Shown here piece by piece: positions 15,259 to 22,888 of a stretch of DNA of 32,000 nt. A program made the position numbers and the translations under genes. The notes below the pieces were generated by a model. It saw only the letters and a program-made list of their open reading frames with translations, searched no databases and was not told where the DNA came from. Position 1 is the stretch's first letter. Every line of letters begins with the position of its first letter. This DNA comes from Candidatus Iainarchaeum sp. GTDB taxonomy: Archaea; Iainarchaeota; Iainarchaeia; Iainarchaeales; JAZDEL01. The DNA lies in the NCBI GenBank assembly GCA_043808785.1, contig JAZDEL010000004.1:150001-182000 (forward strand). The letters are read 5' to 3'.

Positions 15259-15383
15259 TTGGCCCATCGAACGAAGCGAGATGGGCCCTGGCCTGATACT
15301 TATTTTCGCAAACCTTTTGGAAGCGGGGGCGAGGCAAACGAGCCCCCGCGCTCAAAAAGGTTTTTCGAATCCCGGCCGGGGCG
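15259..15383 (+). repeat. 105-nt structured insert followed by an exact second copy of the tRNA-Asp 3' end (T54 to discriminator)
   Basis: TTCGAATCCCGGCCGGGGCG occurs at 15239-15258 and again at 15364-15383. The insert contains hairpin GGCCCATC-GAACGAAGCGA-GATGGGCC (15261-15287) and long hairpin 15311-15362. Confidence 0.75.
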
Positions 15384-15456
15384 TAACCTTTCAGCATGGC
15401 GCTTTGCTTTATTAACCCCCAATATTTAAATACCAGTTAGGCGCAATAAAAGGTTC

Positions 15457-18135
15457 ATGCTGCGCGGGTTAACCCTGATAGCCCTTATGGGCGCTGTTGC
15501 ACTTCTTTTCGGGTGCGCGGGGCAGATGGGAACGCCGGAAGAAATCGCGATGCAAAACGCGACTGTGAAGAATTTCATGCAGCAGTACCCGAACGCAACC
15601 GTGCAGATAAACAGGCATGGTGCCGAGGCATTTGCCGGCATAGCGGATGAAATACGGAAGGACTGCCAGAACCCTGACCTGCAGGCAAAGGAATATTACA
15701 AGGTTGTTGTGAACGACGCGGCAAGCGGGGATTACATAAAGGCGTGGATAGATTGGGAGGGCAAGAAACTTGAGTGCATGTACAGGAAGGGGCAGAAGGT
15801 TTCGGAAACCGCGGAAACCGGAAAGGGCACGGGGGAAAAGGCTGCGGAGAAATGCACCGCAGGCTGGGCATGCAAGGATGCGATGCACAAGGCATACAGG
15901 AACGAGGACTGCAATTGGGATGGGGAAAAGTTCTGCGAATTCGGCTGCGGCGCAGGAAGGTGCTTGGCGAGCGATGAGGGAGGCGCAACTGCTGGCGCGG
16001 GAGGCGGAAGCCAGCAGGGCGGGGAAAATGCAGCCGACCTTTGTGCCGGCATTGTTTGCCCGAACACGTGCGAGGGCAGCGTCAGGAAATTCAACGGCAC
16101 GTGCGTCAACGGCGTGTGCAATTATTCCGTAACCGCGTGCGGGCAGGGCTGCGAGAACGGCGCTTGCAAGGGGAACGCGTGCGCGGGCATTGTTTGCCCG
16201 AACACGTGCGAGGGCGATTTCATAAACAAGGGAAAGTGTGTTGAAGGCGCGTGCACATCGGAGCAGATACAGTGCCCTTACGGCTGCGAGAACGGCGGAT
16301 GCAGGGATGCGCCCGCGGAGCAGGCAAACGAGCAGAACCAGGAGCAGAACGCGGGGGAACAGCAGAACCAGGAGCAAAATCAGGAGCAGAACCAGGGACA
16401 GGAGTGCGCGGGAGGCTGCCCTGACAAGTGCGAGGGGAACCTGAGAACGCATGCAGGGCAGTGCGTTAACGGCGAGTGCCAGTATGCGCAGGAGCAGTGC
16501 GCGAACGGATGCGAGAACGGCGTTTGCAAGGCGGCATCGGGCGGGGCAGCGTATTCGTGCGGCTGGACATGGCCGCAGCAGATAAAGGAAAATGGCGTGT
16601 TGAAATGGGCGTGCCCGTCCTCGAGGCCTTACTGCAAGGGAGGCACCACAAACTGCTGCCAGTACAACGCCACGCAGGGGCATTATGATTGTATCGATTG
16701 CGTGCAGGGCGCGTGCACCAATCTGGGCGGAAGTTCTGGCAGTTCCGGCAGCGACCCGTGCGCGAATGTCACGTGCCCGAACAAGTGCGTAAACACGACA
16801 AGGTATTACAACGGCAAGTGCAACAGCAACGGGCAGTGCGATTATTCGCTGCAGGCGTGCCCGAACGGGTGCACTAACGGCACGTGCAACAACGACCCCT
16901 GTGCGGGGGTTAGCTGCCCGAATACGTGCGCCAGCACATACAGCCTTAAATACAACGGGCAGTGCTCGAACGGCGTGTGCCAGTACACGACCAAGGCATG
17001 CTTCTTCGGCTGCTCAAACAACGCGTGCAGCCAGCCGCCGGTGGGCACGATATTCGTGACAAGCACGACATATAATGCGAGTCTTGGCGGGCTTGCCGGG
17101 GCGGACGCGAAATGCACTGCGAGGGCGAGCGCCGGAAGCCTAACCGGCACGTGGAAGGCGCTTATAAGCAACACCGTGACAAACGCCAAGGACAGGATTC
17201 CGGACACCGTACACAAGGGGCTGGACGGCCTGACTATAGCGAACAATGAGGCGGATTTGTTCGACGGCACTATTGCGAACAGAATATACTTTACTGAGAT
17301 GGGCACGGCGTATTCGGGCGCACCGGATTATGTGTGGACCGGATTTGAAACAGGCGGCATAGCCACGGGCGTGAACTGCGGGAACTGGGCAAGCACTTCG
17401 GGAAACACATACCCCGGAAGCGCCACAGGAACCGGCAGCGGCTGGATGAAATCGGGGGTGCAGAGGGCGTGCTCCACAACAGCAAGGCTTTATTGCATAA
17501 AGACCACGGCGGGATGGGACAAGTGCGAGGGCGTTACATGCCCGAACACGTGCGACGGCAGCTACAGGGAATACAACGGGCAGTGCCAGGGAATTAACGG
17601 GATTTGCAAGTACACAGCACAGCCGTGCGCATTCGGGTGCACAAACGGCGCGTGCAACACCGCGCCTGTCGGGGCAATCTTCAGGACAAGCACGACATAT
17701 ACAGGCAGCCTCGGCGGCATGGCGGGGGCGGATATGAAGTGCCAGCAGAGGGCGAATGCGGCAAGCCTTGCAGGAGTATGGAAGGCGGTAATAAGCGACA
17801 GCCTGAAGAACGCGGGCGACAGCGGCAGGATTCCGGATACTGTTTACAAAAGGATGGACGGGCTTGTTATTGCGAACAACAAGGCGGATTTGTTCGACGG
17901 CACTGTTGCGAATGCGCCGAAGCTGAGCGAGAACGGGCTGTATGTCAGCGACCTTGCGTGGACGGGATTCACAACAGGCGGAACTCCCACCGGAGTGAAC
18001 TGCGGCAACTGGCAGAGCACATCGGGCAATGCATACCCCGGGCACGCGTCATATACGGATGCGAAATGGTTTAACTGGAATGTCAGCAAGGCGTGCAGCA
18101 CGGCCGCGGGGCTGTACTGCGTAAGGTATTCCTGA
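15457..18135 (+). CDS. large secreted lipoprotein: PepSY-like N-domain, about 7 tandem 6-Cys modules, N/Q/E linker, two endostatin/DUF1554-like domains
   Basis: Lipobox LLFGC and a leaderless ATG 25 nt after ATATTTAAATAC. Repeated module CxG(I/V)xCPNxCxG(x9-11)CxxGxCxY(x5-6)CxxGCxNGxC. Two copies of IF(V/R)TSTTY..SLGG.AGAD.KC...W(K)A(L/V)IS...VWTGF..GG..TGVNCGNW...ACST...LYC. Confidence 0.9.
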   Translation: MLRGLTLIALMGAVALLFGCAGQMGTPEEIAMQNATVKNFMQQYPNATVQINRHGAEAFAGIADEIRKDCQNPDLQAKEYYKVVVNDAASGDYIKAWIDWEGKKLECMYRKGQKVSETAETGKGTGEKAAEKCTAGWACKDAMHKAYRNEDCNWDGEKFCEFGCGAGRCLASDEGGATAGAGGGSQQGGENAADLCAGIVCPNTCEGSVRKFNGTCVNGVCNYSVTACGQGCENGACKGNACAGIVCPNTCEGDFINKGKCVEGACTSEQIQCPYGCENGGCRDAPAEQANEQNQEQNAGEQQNQEQNQEQNQGQECAGGCPDKCEGNLRTHAGQCVNGECQYAQEQCANGCENGVCKAASGGAAYSCGWTWPQQIKENGVLKWACPSSRPYCKGGTTNCCQYNATQGHYDCIDCVQGACTNLGGSSGSSGSDPCANVTCPNKCVNTTRYYNGKCNSNGQCDYSLQACPNGCTNGTCNNDPCAGVSCPNTCASTYSLKYNGQCSNGVCQYTTKACFFGCSNNACSQPPVGTIFVTSTTYNASLGGLAGADAKCTARASAGSLTGTWKALISNTVTNAKDRIPDTVHKGLDGLTIANNEADLFDGTIANRIYFTEMGTAYSGAPDYVWTGFETGGIATGVNCGNWASTSGNTYPGSATGTGSGWMKSGVQRACSTTARLYCIKTTAGWDKCEGVTCPNTCDGSYREYNGQCQGINGICKYTAQPCAFGCTNGACNTAPVGAIFRTSTTYTGSLGGMAGADMKCQQRANAASLAGVWKAVISDSLKNAGDSGRIPDTVYKRMDGLVIANNKADLFDGTVANAPKLSENGLYVSDLAWTGFTTGGTPTGVNCGNWQSTSGNAYPGHASYTDAKWFNWNVSKACSTAAGLYCVRYS

Positions 18136-18190
18136 TTTCGGCGCACGGCGGGTGCGGATTGCCGCAGCATGCGCATGCACCATTGCACGC

Positions 18191-18685
18191 TCACGGGTTA
18201 AGCAGCATCACATATAAGTTCAGCAGCGCTGCAAAACTCACCCACAGAAGGTACGGCAAAAGCAGCAATGCCGCTGTGCGCGAAATTTTCCGGAATGCGA
18301 GCACGGTTCCGAAGATAGCGAACCATAGCAGGACTATTCCGGCAAATCCCAGCGCCAGGGAGCGCATGCCGAAGAAGAGGAACGACCAGAGCACATTGAG
18401 CAGCAGCTGGGCGGAGAAGAGCGAAAGCGCGGTGCCTGAATTGTTTTCCGGGGTGCCGCGCCGAAGCACGAGGTAAAGCGAAATCCCCATCAGCGCGTAG
18501 AGGGAAAGCCATACGGGCGCGAAAACCCAGTCCGGCGGGCTGAAGGGGGGCTTGGAGAGCGAGGCATACCACGTGCCTATCGCGGGGAGCGTGAAAAACG
18601 AGCCGATTATTCCCGCGAGTTCGCAGAGCGCGATGCACCCCGCGAGCGCCCCCAGTTTTTTTATTTTTATTATCATGCATTGCAA
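18191..18685 (-). CDS. tspO: TspO/MBR (tryptophan-rich sensory protein) family membrane protein
   Basis: WYASLSKPPFSPPDWVFAPVWLSLYALMG and LLLNVLWSFLFFG motifs, five TM helices. Confidence 0.9.
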   Translation of the reverse strand: MQCMIIKIKKLGALAGCIALCELAGIIGSFFTLPAIGTWYASLSKPPFSPPDWVFAPVWLSLYALMGISLYLVLRRGTPENNSGTALSLFSAQLLLNVLWSFLFFGMRSLALGFAGIVLLWFAIFGTVLAFRKISRTAALLLLPYLLWVSFAALLNLYVMLLNP

Positions 18686-18793
18686 TATTGCGCCGAAAAA
18701 TATAAATGCTGGCGGGTTGTTTTTGGCTTTTCACATTTCCACAGAACGGTTGCGGGGAAAAAGTATTTATACAACAAGCCCAGTCATAAGTAC

Positions 18794-19144
18794 ATGGCGG
18801 GCGCGGAACGGGTAACCGGCAGGCACAGGCACCTTGCGGGGCTTGTCTTCGTAATCCTGATGCTTTACTTCATGGTTTCCGCGCCGCAGGAACGGGCGGG
18901 CCAAAACATCGGCGGCACGGATGCGGGGAATTCCGGCGGGGGGGTGCGGGCGGAGAATTACTGCACTCCCGAATCAAGAAACGCGGAAGTGTGCATGTCC
19001 CTCTACAAGCCGGTGTGCGGGTGGTTCGATGCGGAAAAAATCCGGTGCTTCAGGTACCCGTGCGCCGCAAATTACCCGAACAGCTGCGTTGCGTGCACCG
19101 ATGAAAAGGTCGCTTACTGGACCGAGGGGGAGTGCCCGAAATAG
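18794..19144 (+). CDS. secreted protein with a Kazal-like Cys-rich domain
   Basis: Leaderless ATG 25 nt after GTATTTATACA. N-terminal TM/signal segment. C-terminus CTPESRNAEVCMSLYKPVCG...YPNSCVACTDEKVAYWTEGEC follows the Kazal spacing (..Y.PVCG.....Y.N.C..C....). Confidence 0.6.
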   Translation: MAGAERVTGRHRHLAGLVFVILMLYFMVSAPQERAGQNIGGTDAGNSGGGVRAENYCTPESRNAEVCMSLYKPVCGWFDAEKIRCFRYPCAANYPNSCVACTDEKVAYWTEGECPK

Positions 19145-19243
19145 GGCGCAGGCATGCGCAAAACAGGCGGAACTTTTCGCCTTTGCCGCGGGAAAGCCGA
19201 ACCAGTTAAATATAAATAGTGGTTTTTACCTTAAAGTGTGGAC

Positions 19244-20476
19244 ATGAAAGGCAAAATTACGCCGTTGGGATTTGCAATTGCCGTTGTGCTCCTCTTCGGC
19301 TGCACAATGCAGGTCCAATCCCCCGAGGAACTGATAAATGCCAACGGAACCGCGCAGGCATTCATGGCTGCGCACCCTAACGCGCAGGTGAGTTACACTT
19401 ACATAAGCATGGCGGCATTCGGCAATGTAAGTGCGCAGATTGCCTCCGACTGCAAAGGGGTTGTTGCCCCGGGGGAATTTTACAAGGCGGACATTTACGA
19501 CATGGCGACAGGGCAGAGGCTCGTGATGTGGCTTGACTGGGAAAAGAGGGCGATGCACTGCCTTACTGAGAAACGGGACAAGGGCATAACGCCCTCGGCG
19601 AAGTGCGAACCCGGCTGGAAGTGCATTGACGGCACGCACCGCGCATACAGGAACGAGGACTGCTCATGGAAATACGAAACGTTCTGTGAGTTCGGGTGCG
19701 ATAAGGGAGACTGTGCAAAAGACACGTGCGCAAAGGTTACGTGTGCGGATTACTGTGTAGGGAAGACTCTTTTCAGCAACGGGAAGTGCGCGGAAGGGGC
19801 GTGCACATATGAACGTACGGAGTGCGAAGGCATATGCGAGGGTGCGCAGTGCACGGAGGATAAATGCATAGGGGTCAGTTGCGATGACAAGTGCGACGGA
19901 AGCGTGAGAAAATACGGCGGCGAGTGCGCAAGCAGGGTTTGCTCATATTCCGATGAGAAGTGCGAGCTCGGCTGCTACATGGGGCGGTGCCTGCAGAAGG
20001 GCACAATGTTTGTGACATCGCAGGAATGGAACGGCAATCTCGGCGGGATAAGCGGCGCGGATGCGAAGTGCCAGGCCGCGGCATCGGCGGCAAAGCTCCA
20101 GGGAAAATGGAGGGCGCTGGTAAGCGACAAGGACCACTCGGCAAAAAGCTGGCTGCCGGACAGTGCCTACACAAAACTTGACGGAACCATGGTTGCAAAG
20201 AACAGGGCTGACCTGCTTGACGGCACAATCCTCAGCCCGATAAACATTGACGAATTCGGCAAGGCTGCATCTGGCTTCAGGGTGTGGACAGGCACCTCGA
20301 TAACAGGCACCCCATATGACGGGCCGCTGAGCGGTTACTGCGATAATTGGGTAAGCTGGAATGTCAACAAGGTCGGCGGAGTTGGAAATAAAAACAGCAC
20401 CGACAGCGGCTGGATAAATTACGGCGCCGAACTATGCGAAAGGACCGGAAACCTGTACTGTATGCTTTTTTCTTAG
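19244..20476 (+). CDS. secreted lipoprotein, short paralog of 15457-18135 (N-domain, 2-3 Cys modules, one endostatin/DUF1554-like domain)
   Basis: Lipobox LLFGC. Collinear similarity to the 892-aa protein (HRAYRNEDCSWKYETFCEFGC; MFVTSQEWNGNLGGISGADAKC...WRALVS...VWTGT...YCDNW...LYC). Confidence 0.85.
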   Translation: MKGKITPLGFAIAVVLLFGCTMQVQSPEELINANGTAQAFMAAHPNAQVSYTYISMAAFGNVSAQIASDCKGVVAPGEFYKADIYDMATGQRLVMWLDWEKRAMHCLTEKRDKGITPSAKCEPGWKCIDGTHRAYRNEDCSWKYETFCEFGCDKGDCAKDTCAKVTCADYCVGKTLFSNGKCAEGACTYERTECEGICEGAQCTEDKCIGVSCDDKCDGSVRKYGGECASRVCSYSDEKCELGCYMGRCLQKGTMFVTSQEWNGNLGGISGADAKCQAAASAAKLQGKWRALVSDKDHSAKSWLPDSAYTKLDGTMVAKNRADLLDGTILSPINIDEFGKAASGFRVWTGTSITGTPYDGPLSGYCDNWVSWNVNKVGGVGNKNSTDSGWINYGAELCERTGNLYCMLFS

Positions 20477-20588
20477 GTCGCCCCTTGGGACGGCGGGCAC
20501 AATTTGGTTTCCCAAACTAAAAGCACGCGGCAGGTTTGGTTTTCCCGCAGGGCAGGGTTTATATATAACCTTGCGGTTTAGATTAGGC

Positions 20589-22829
20589 ATGAGGCAGTGG
20601 AGAGGCGCAAGCCTGATCCTTATTTTTGCGCTTATATGCGGCTACGTGTCAGCATCCGTGAGCATGGGCACTGGCCCGAATTCCATGTACAACCCCGCTG
20701 CGCAGCAGGGTTCGGCAGGTTCGGGGCAGCAGGGCACATACACAAACCAACAGGGGCAGGGTTACGCGCCGATGCAGGGCCAGATACCGGCCGGAATCGG
20801 GCTCGTGCAGTCCGGGTTTAACTCGGGCATGTTTGATGCAAGCTTTGCCGACACCGAGCACCAAGCTCAGGTGATGGTGGTTGAAAGTGCGGCAACCGCG
20901 CTCAATTGGATCGGGCTCAACAGCACAAGGTTTGCGGAAGGCTGCAGGAAGGACAAGCCTGCGCTTATTTCTGAAATTTCAGGCATAGTGGCACAGGAGA
21001 ACTCCTGCGAAGCGGTTGAGCGCGAGGCAAATGCCTGCGACCCGAAAAAGTTCTGCCCGGGGCAGCAATCAGGGCATGCCCTGCCGGTGGAGATGAAAAT
21101 AGCGCTTAATGCTGCCGGCTATGACACAAAAACAATCGGCATTAACGACATAACTCTGGACATGTTGACAAACGCGTGCAAGGCGCAGTGGCGGTCGAGA
21201 AATGATTCTCAAAAGCAGATGCTTGAGAAGCTCGAGCAGAGCATTGCACAGCAGATACCGCGGCTAAGGGAGCAGTGCAAACAGAGGGCGCAGGGAATGA
21301 CGAACGTAATCGTAAGGCTGCCAGATGTCTACGTAAATCCGGTGGCGATTGCAAATGTGAACCAGCAGATGGGAATGTTGCCCATGATGCAGCGCACCGG
21401 CATTGATACGGGGCAGGGCGGGGGCGCCGGCTGCACATCGGAAACAATGCCGAGATGCCAGCAGAACGAGCATCCCGAGTGCTGGGGAAATGTTTGGAAC
21501 TGCGTTGCGCCGTCGCAAAGCCAGGGGGGCGGGGGAATGATACAGTGCCCGCAGCAGGGCCCCGACTGCGGCCCGAGTGCGCCGCCTTACTGCGAGAACG
21601 GAATATGGAAATGCCCGCAGGTGCAGGAGCAGCCATGGCAGCCCAATGAAGGAACCACAACAGCGGAAACAGTTACGCAGGAGCAGGCTGTGCAGCAAAC
21701 CGAAACAGGCGGCGGCGCAAGCGGGGAAACCACGGAGGGCACAACTGGGGAAACAGGGAGCACAACAACTGAAACAACATCCGAAAGCGGAGGAACCGAA
21801 CAGGCTGCCGCTGATGCGGGAATTGGAACCCCTGCAACGGGGCTTAGTGTTGCGCCGGGGATTGGAATGGCAGTTTGTGGCAATGGCATATGCGAGCCTG
21901 GCAGGGGGGAAAGTTACGATAACTGCAGCAGAGACTGTATGCAGGGTGCGGGGCAGCAGGGCACTTATGGCGGAGGGCAGCAAGGTTATGGTCCTGCGCA
22001 GGGGAGCGGGCTGGGTTCGGCGGCCCAGCAGGGCGGCACGATTTCACCCCAGGCTGTTGCGGGAATGGTGCAGGGAGGCGGCGGCACAATGGTTGTTACT
22101 ACAGGCGGGGGCGGAAACATGCTGCCAATGGGGCAGCAGGTGCAGGGAGTGGCTGTGTCGCCATATGGCCAGCCTATGGGTGGGGGGCAGGGCATGCCTG
22201 GGCCAGATCCGCAGGCGCTCTGCGAAACGACTGACGCGGAAATAATTGACATATACACGATGGCAATGAACACCGGTGAGGGAGACGGGCAGATGGCCGA
22301 AGCTATGTGCCCTGCGGAGGCAAGAAAGGCTTGGGGAACACTAAGCATGGCTAAGTTTGAAAATGCGAGGTGTATTGCCGAGGCAGAGCTGTACTGCTTA
22401 GCAGGCAAGGAGGCTGCAGAAAAATGCAGGGCGGCAAAGCCCGACGAGTTGGCGGCTAATATCGTTAATATTATGTGCAGGCGGGTCACAGGAAGCGGCA
22501 ATGCCGCGGAGAGCGCACTCGTCGGGATTGCCAGCAAGTTGGTCCAGTTAGACCCCGCAGCCGCCAACCAGTTGTGGGATACTGCGGAAAGCGCGGAGAG
22601 GGATATGAACAGCCTGGGCATACTTGACATTGTGCTTGGAAACGCCGATTATGCCGCAAAGAGTGAAAAGAGGGCTAAAAATATGGATGACATGCTGAAG
22701 AAGATGGAGGATGCCGGCTTGAACGATCCTGAAATAACTTCCACTATAAAGAGGGAGATAGAGGCACAGACAGCCGCGAAAGAAGCGCACAGCAGCATAT
22801 TCGGCATACTTGGAAGGATATTGAGGTAA
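20589..22829 (+). CDS. large secreted Q/G/T-rich protein of unknown function
   Basis: Signal peptide MRQWRGASLILIFALICGYVSASV after TATA GGTTTATATATAACC. Long low-complexity Q/G and T/E/G tracts. CGNGICEPGRGESYDNCSRDC motif. Helical Cys-containing N- and C-terminal regions. Confidence 0.75.
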   Translation: MRQWRGASLILIFALICGYVSASVSMGTGPNSMYNPAAQQGSAGSGQQGTYTNQQGQGYAPMQGQIPAGIGLVQSGFNSGMFDASFADTEHQAQVMVVESAATALNWIGLNSTRFAEGCRKDKPALISEISGIVAQENSCEAVEREANACDPKKFCPGQQSGHALPVEMKIALNAAGYDTKTIGINDITLDMLTNACKAQWRSRNDSQKQMLEKLEQSIAQQIPRLREQCKQRAQGMTNVIVRLPDVYVNPVAIANVNQQMGMLPMMQRTGIDTGQGGGAGCTSETMPRCQQNEHPECWGNVWNCVAPSQSQGGGGMIQCPQQGPDCGPSAPPYCENGIWKCPQVQEQPWQPNEGTTTAETVTQEQAVQQTETGGGASGETTEGTTGETGSTTTETTSESGGTEQAAADAGIGTPATGLSVAPGIGMAVCGNGICEPGRGESYDNCSRDCMQGAGQQGTYGGGQQGYGPAQGSGLGSAAQQGGTISPQAVAGMVQGGGGTMVVTTGGGGNMLPMGQQVQGVAVSPYGQPMGGGQGMPGPDPQALCETTDAEIIDIYTMAMNTGEGDGQMAEAMCPAEARKAWGTLSMAKFENARCIAEAELYCLAGKEAAEKCRAAKPDELAANIVNIMCRRVTGSGNAAESALVGIASKLVQLDPAAANQLWDTAESAERDMNSLGILDIVLGNADYAAKSEKRAKNMDDMLKKMEDAGLNDPEITSTIKREIEAQTAAKEAHSSIFGILGRILR

Positions 22830-22888
22830 ACAAGGCAACAGCGCGATGCGCTTACGCCTCGATTATCTTCCTGCAGCGAGCCGCGGCT

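Noticed and set aside
15068-15429. ORFs across the tRNA-Asp locus (109 aa minus; 81 and 64 aa plus)
   Set aside because: The region is fully explained by the leader module, tRNA exons, intron and duplicated 3' end. The ORFs have no coding signal.
15469-18045. Long minus-strand ORFs (404 aa at 15469-16683; 301 aa at 17140-18045) and several plus-strand alternative-frame ORFs
   Set aside because: They are antisense or out of frame relative to the repeat-rich lipoprotein gene, whose frame shows a clear lipobox, modular Cys repeats and a paralog. The shadow ORFs are Arg/Ala-rich with no motifs.
21142-22630. Multiple 170-240 aa minus-strand and alternative-frame ORFs
   Set aside because: All lie within the 20589-22829 gene. 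They are low-complexity shadows generated by the Q/G/T-rich repeats.
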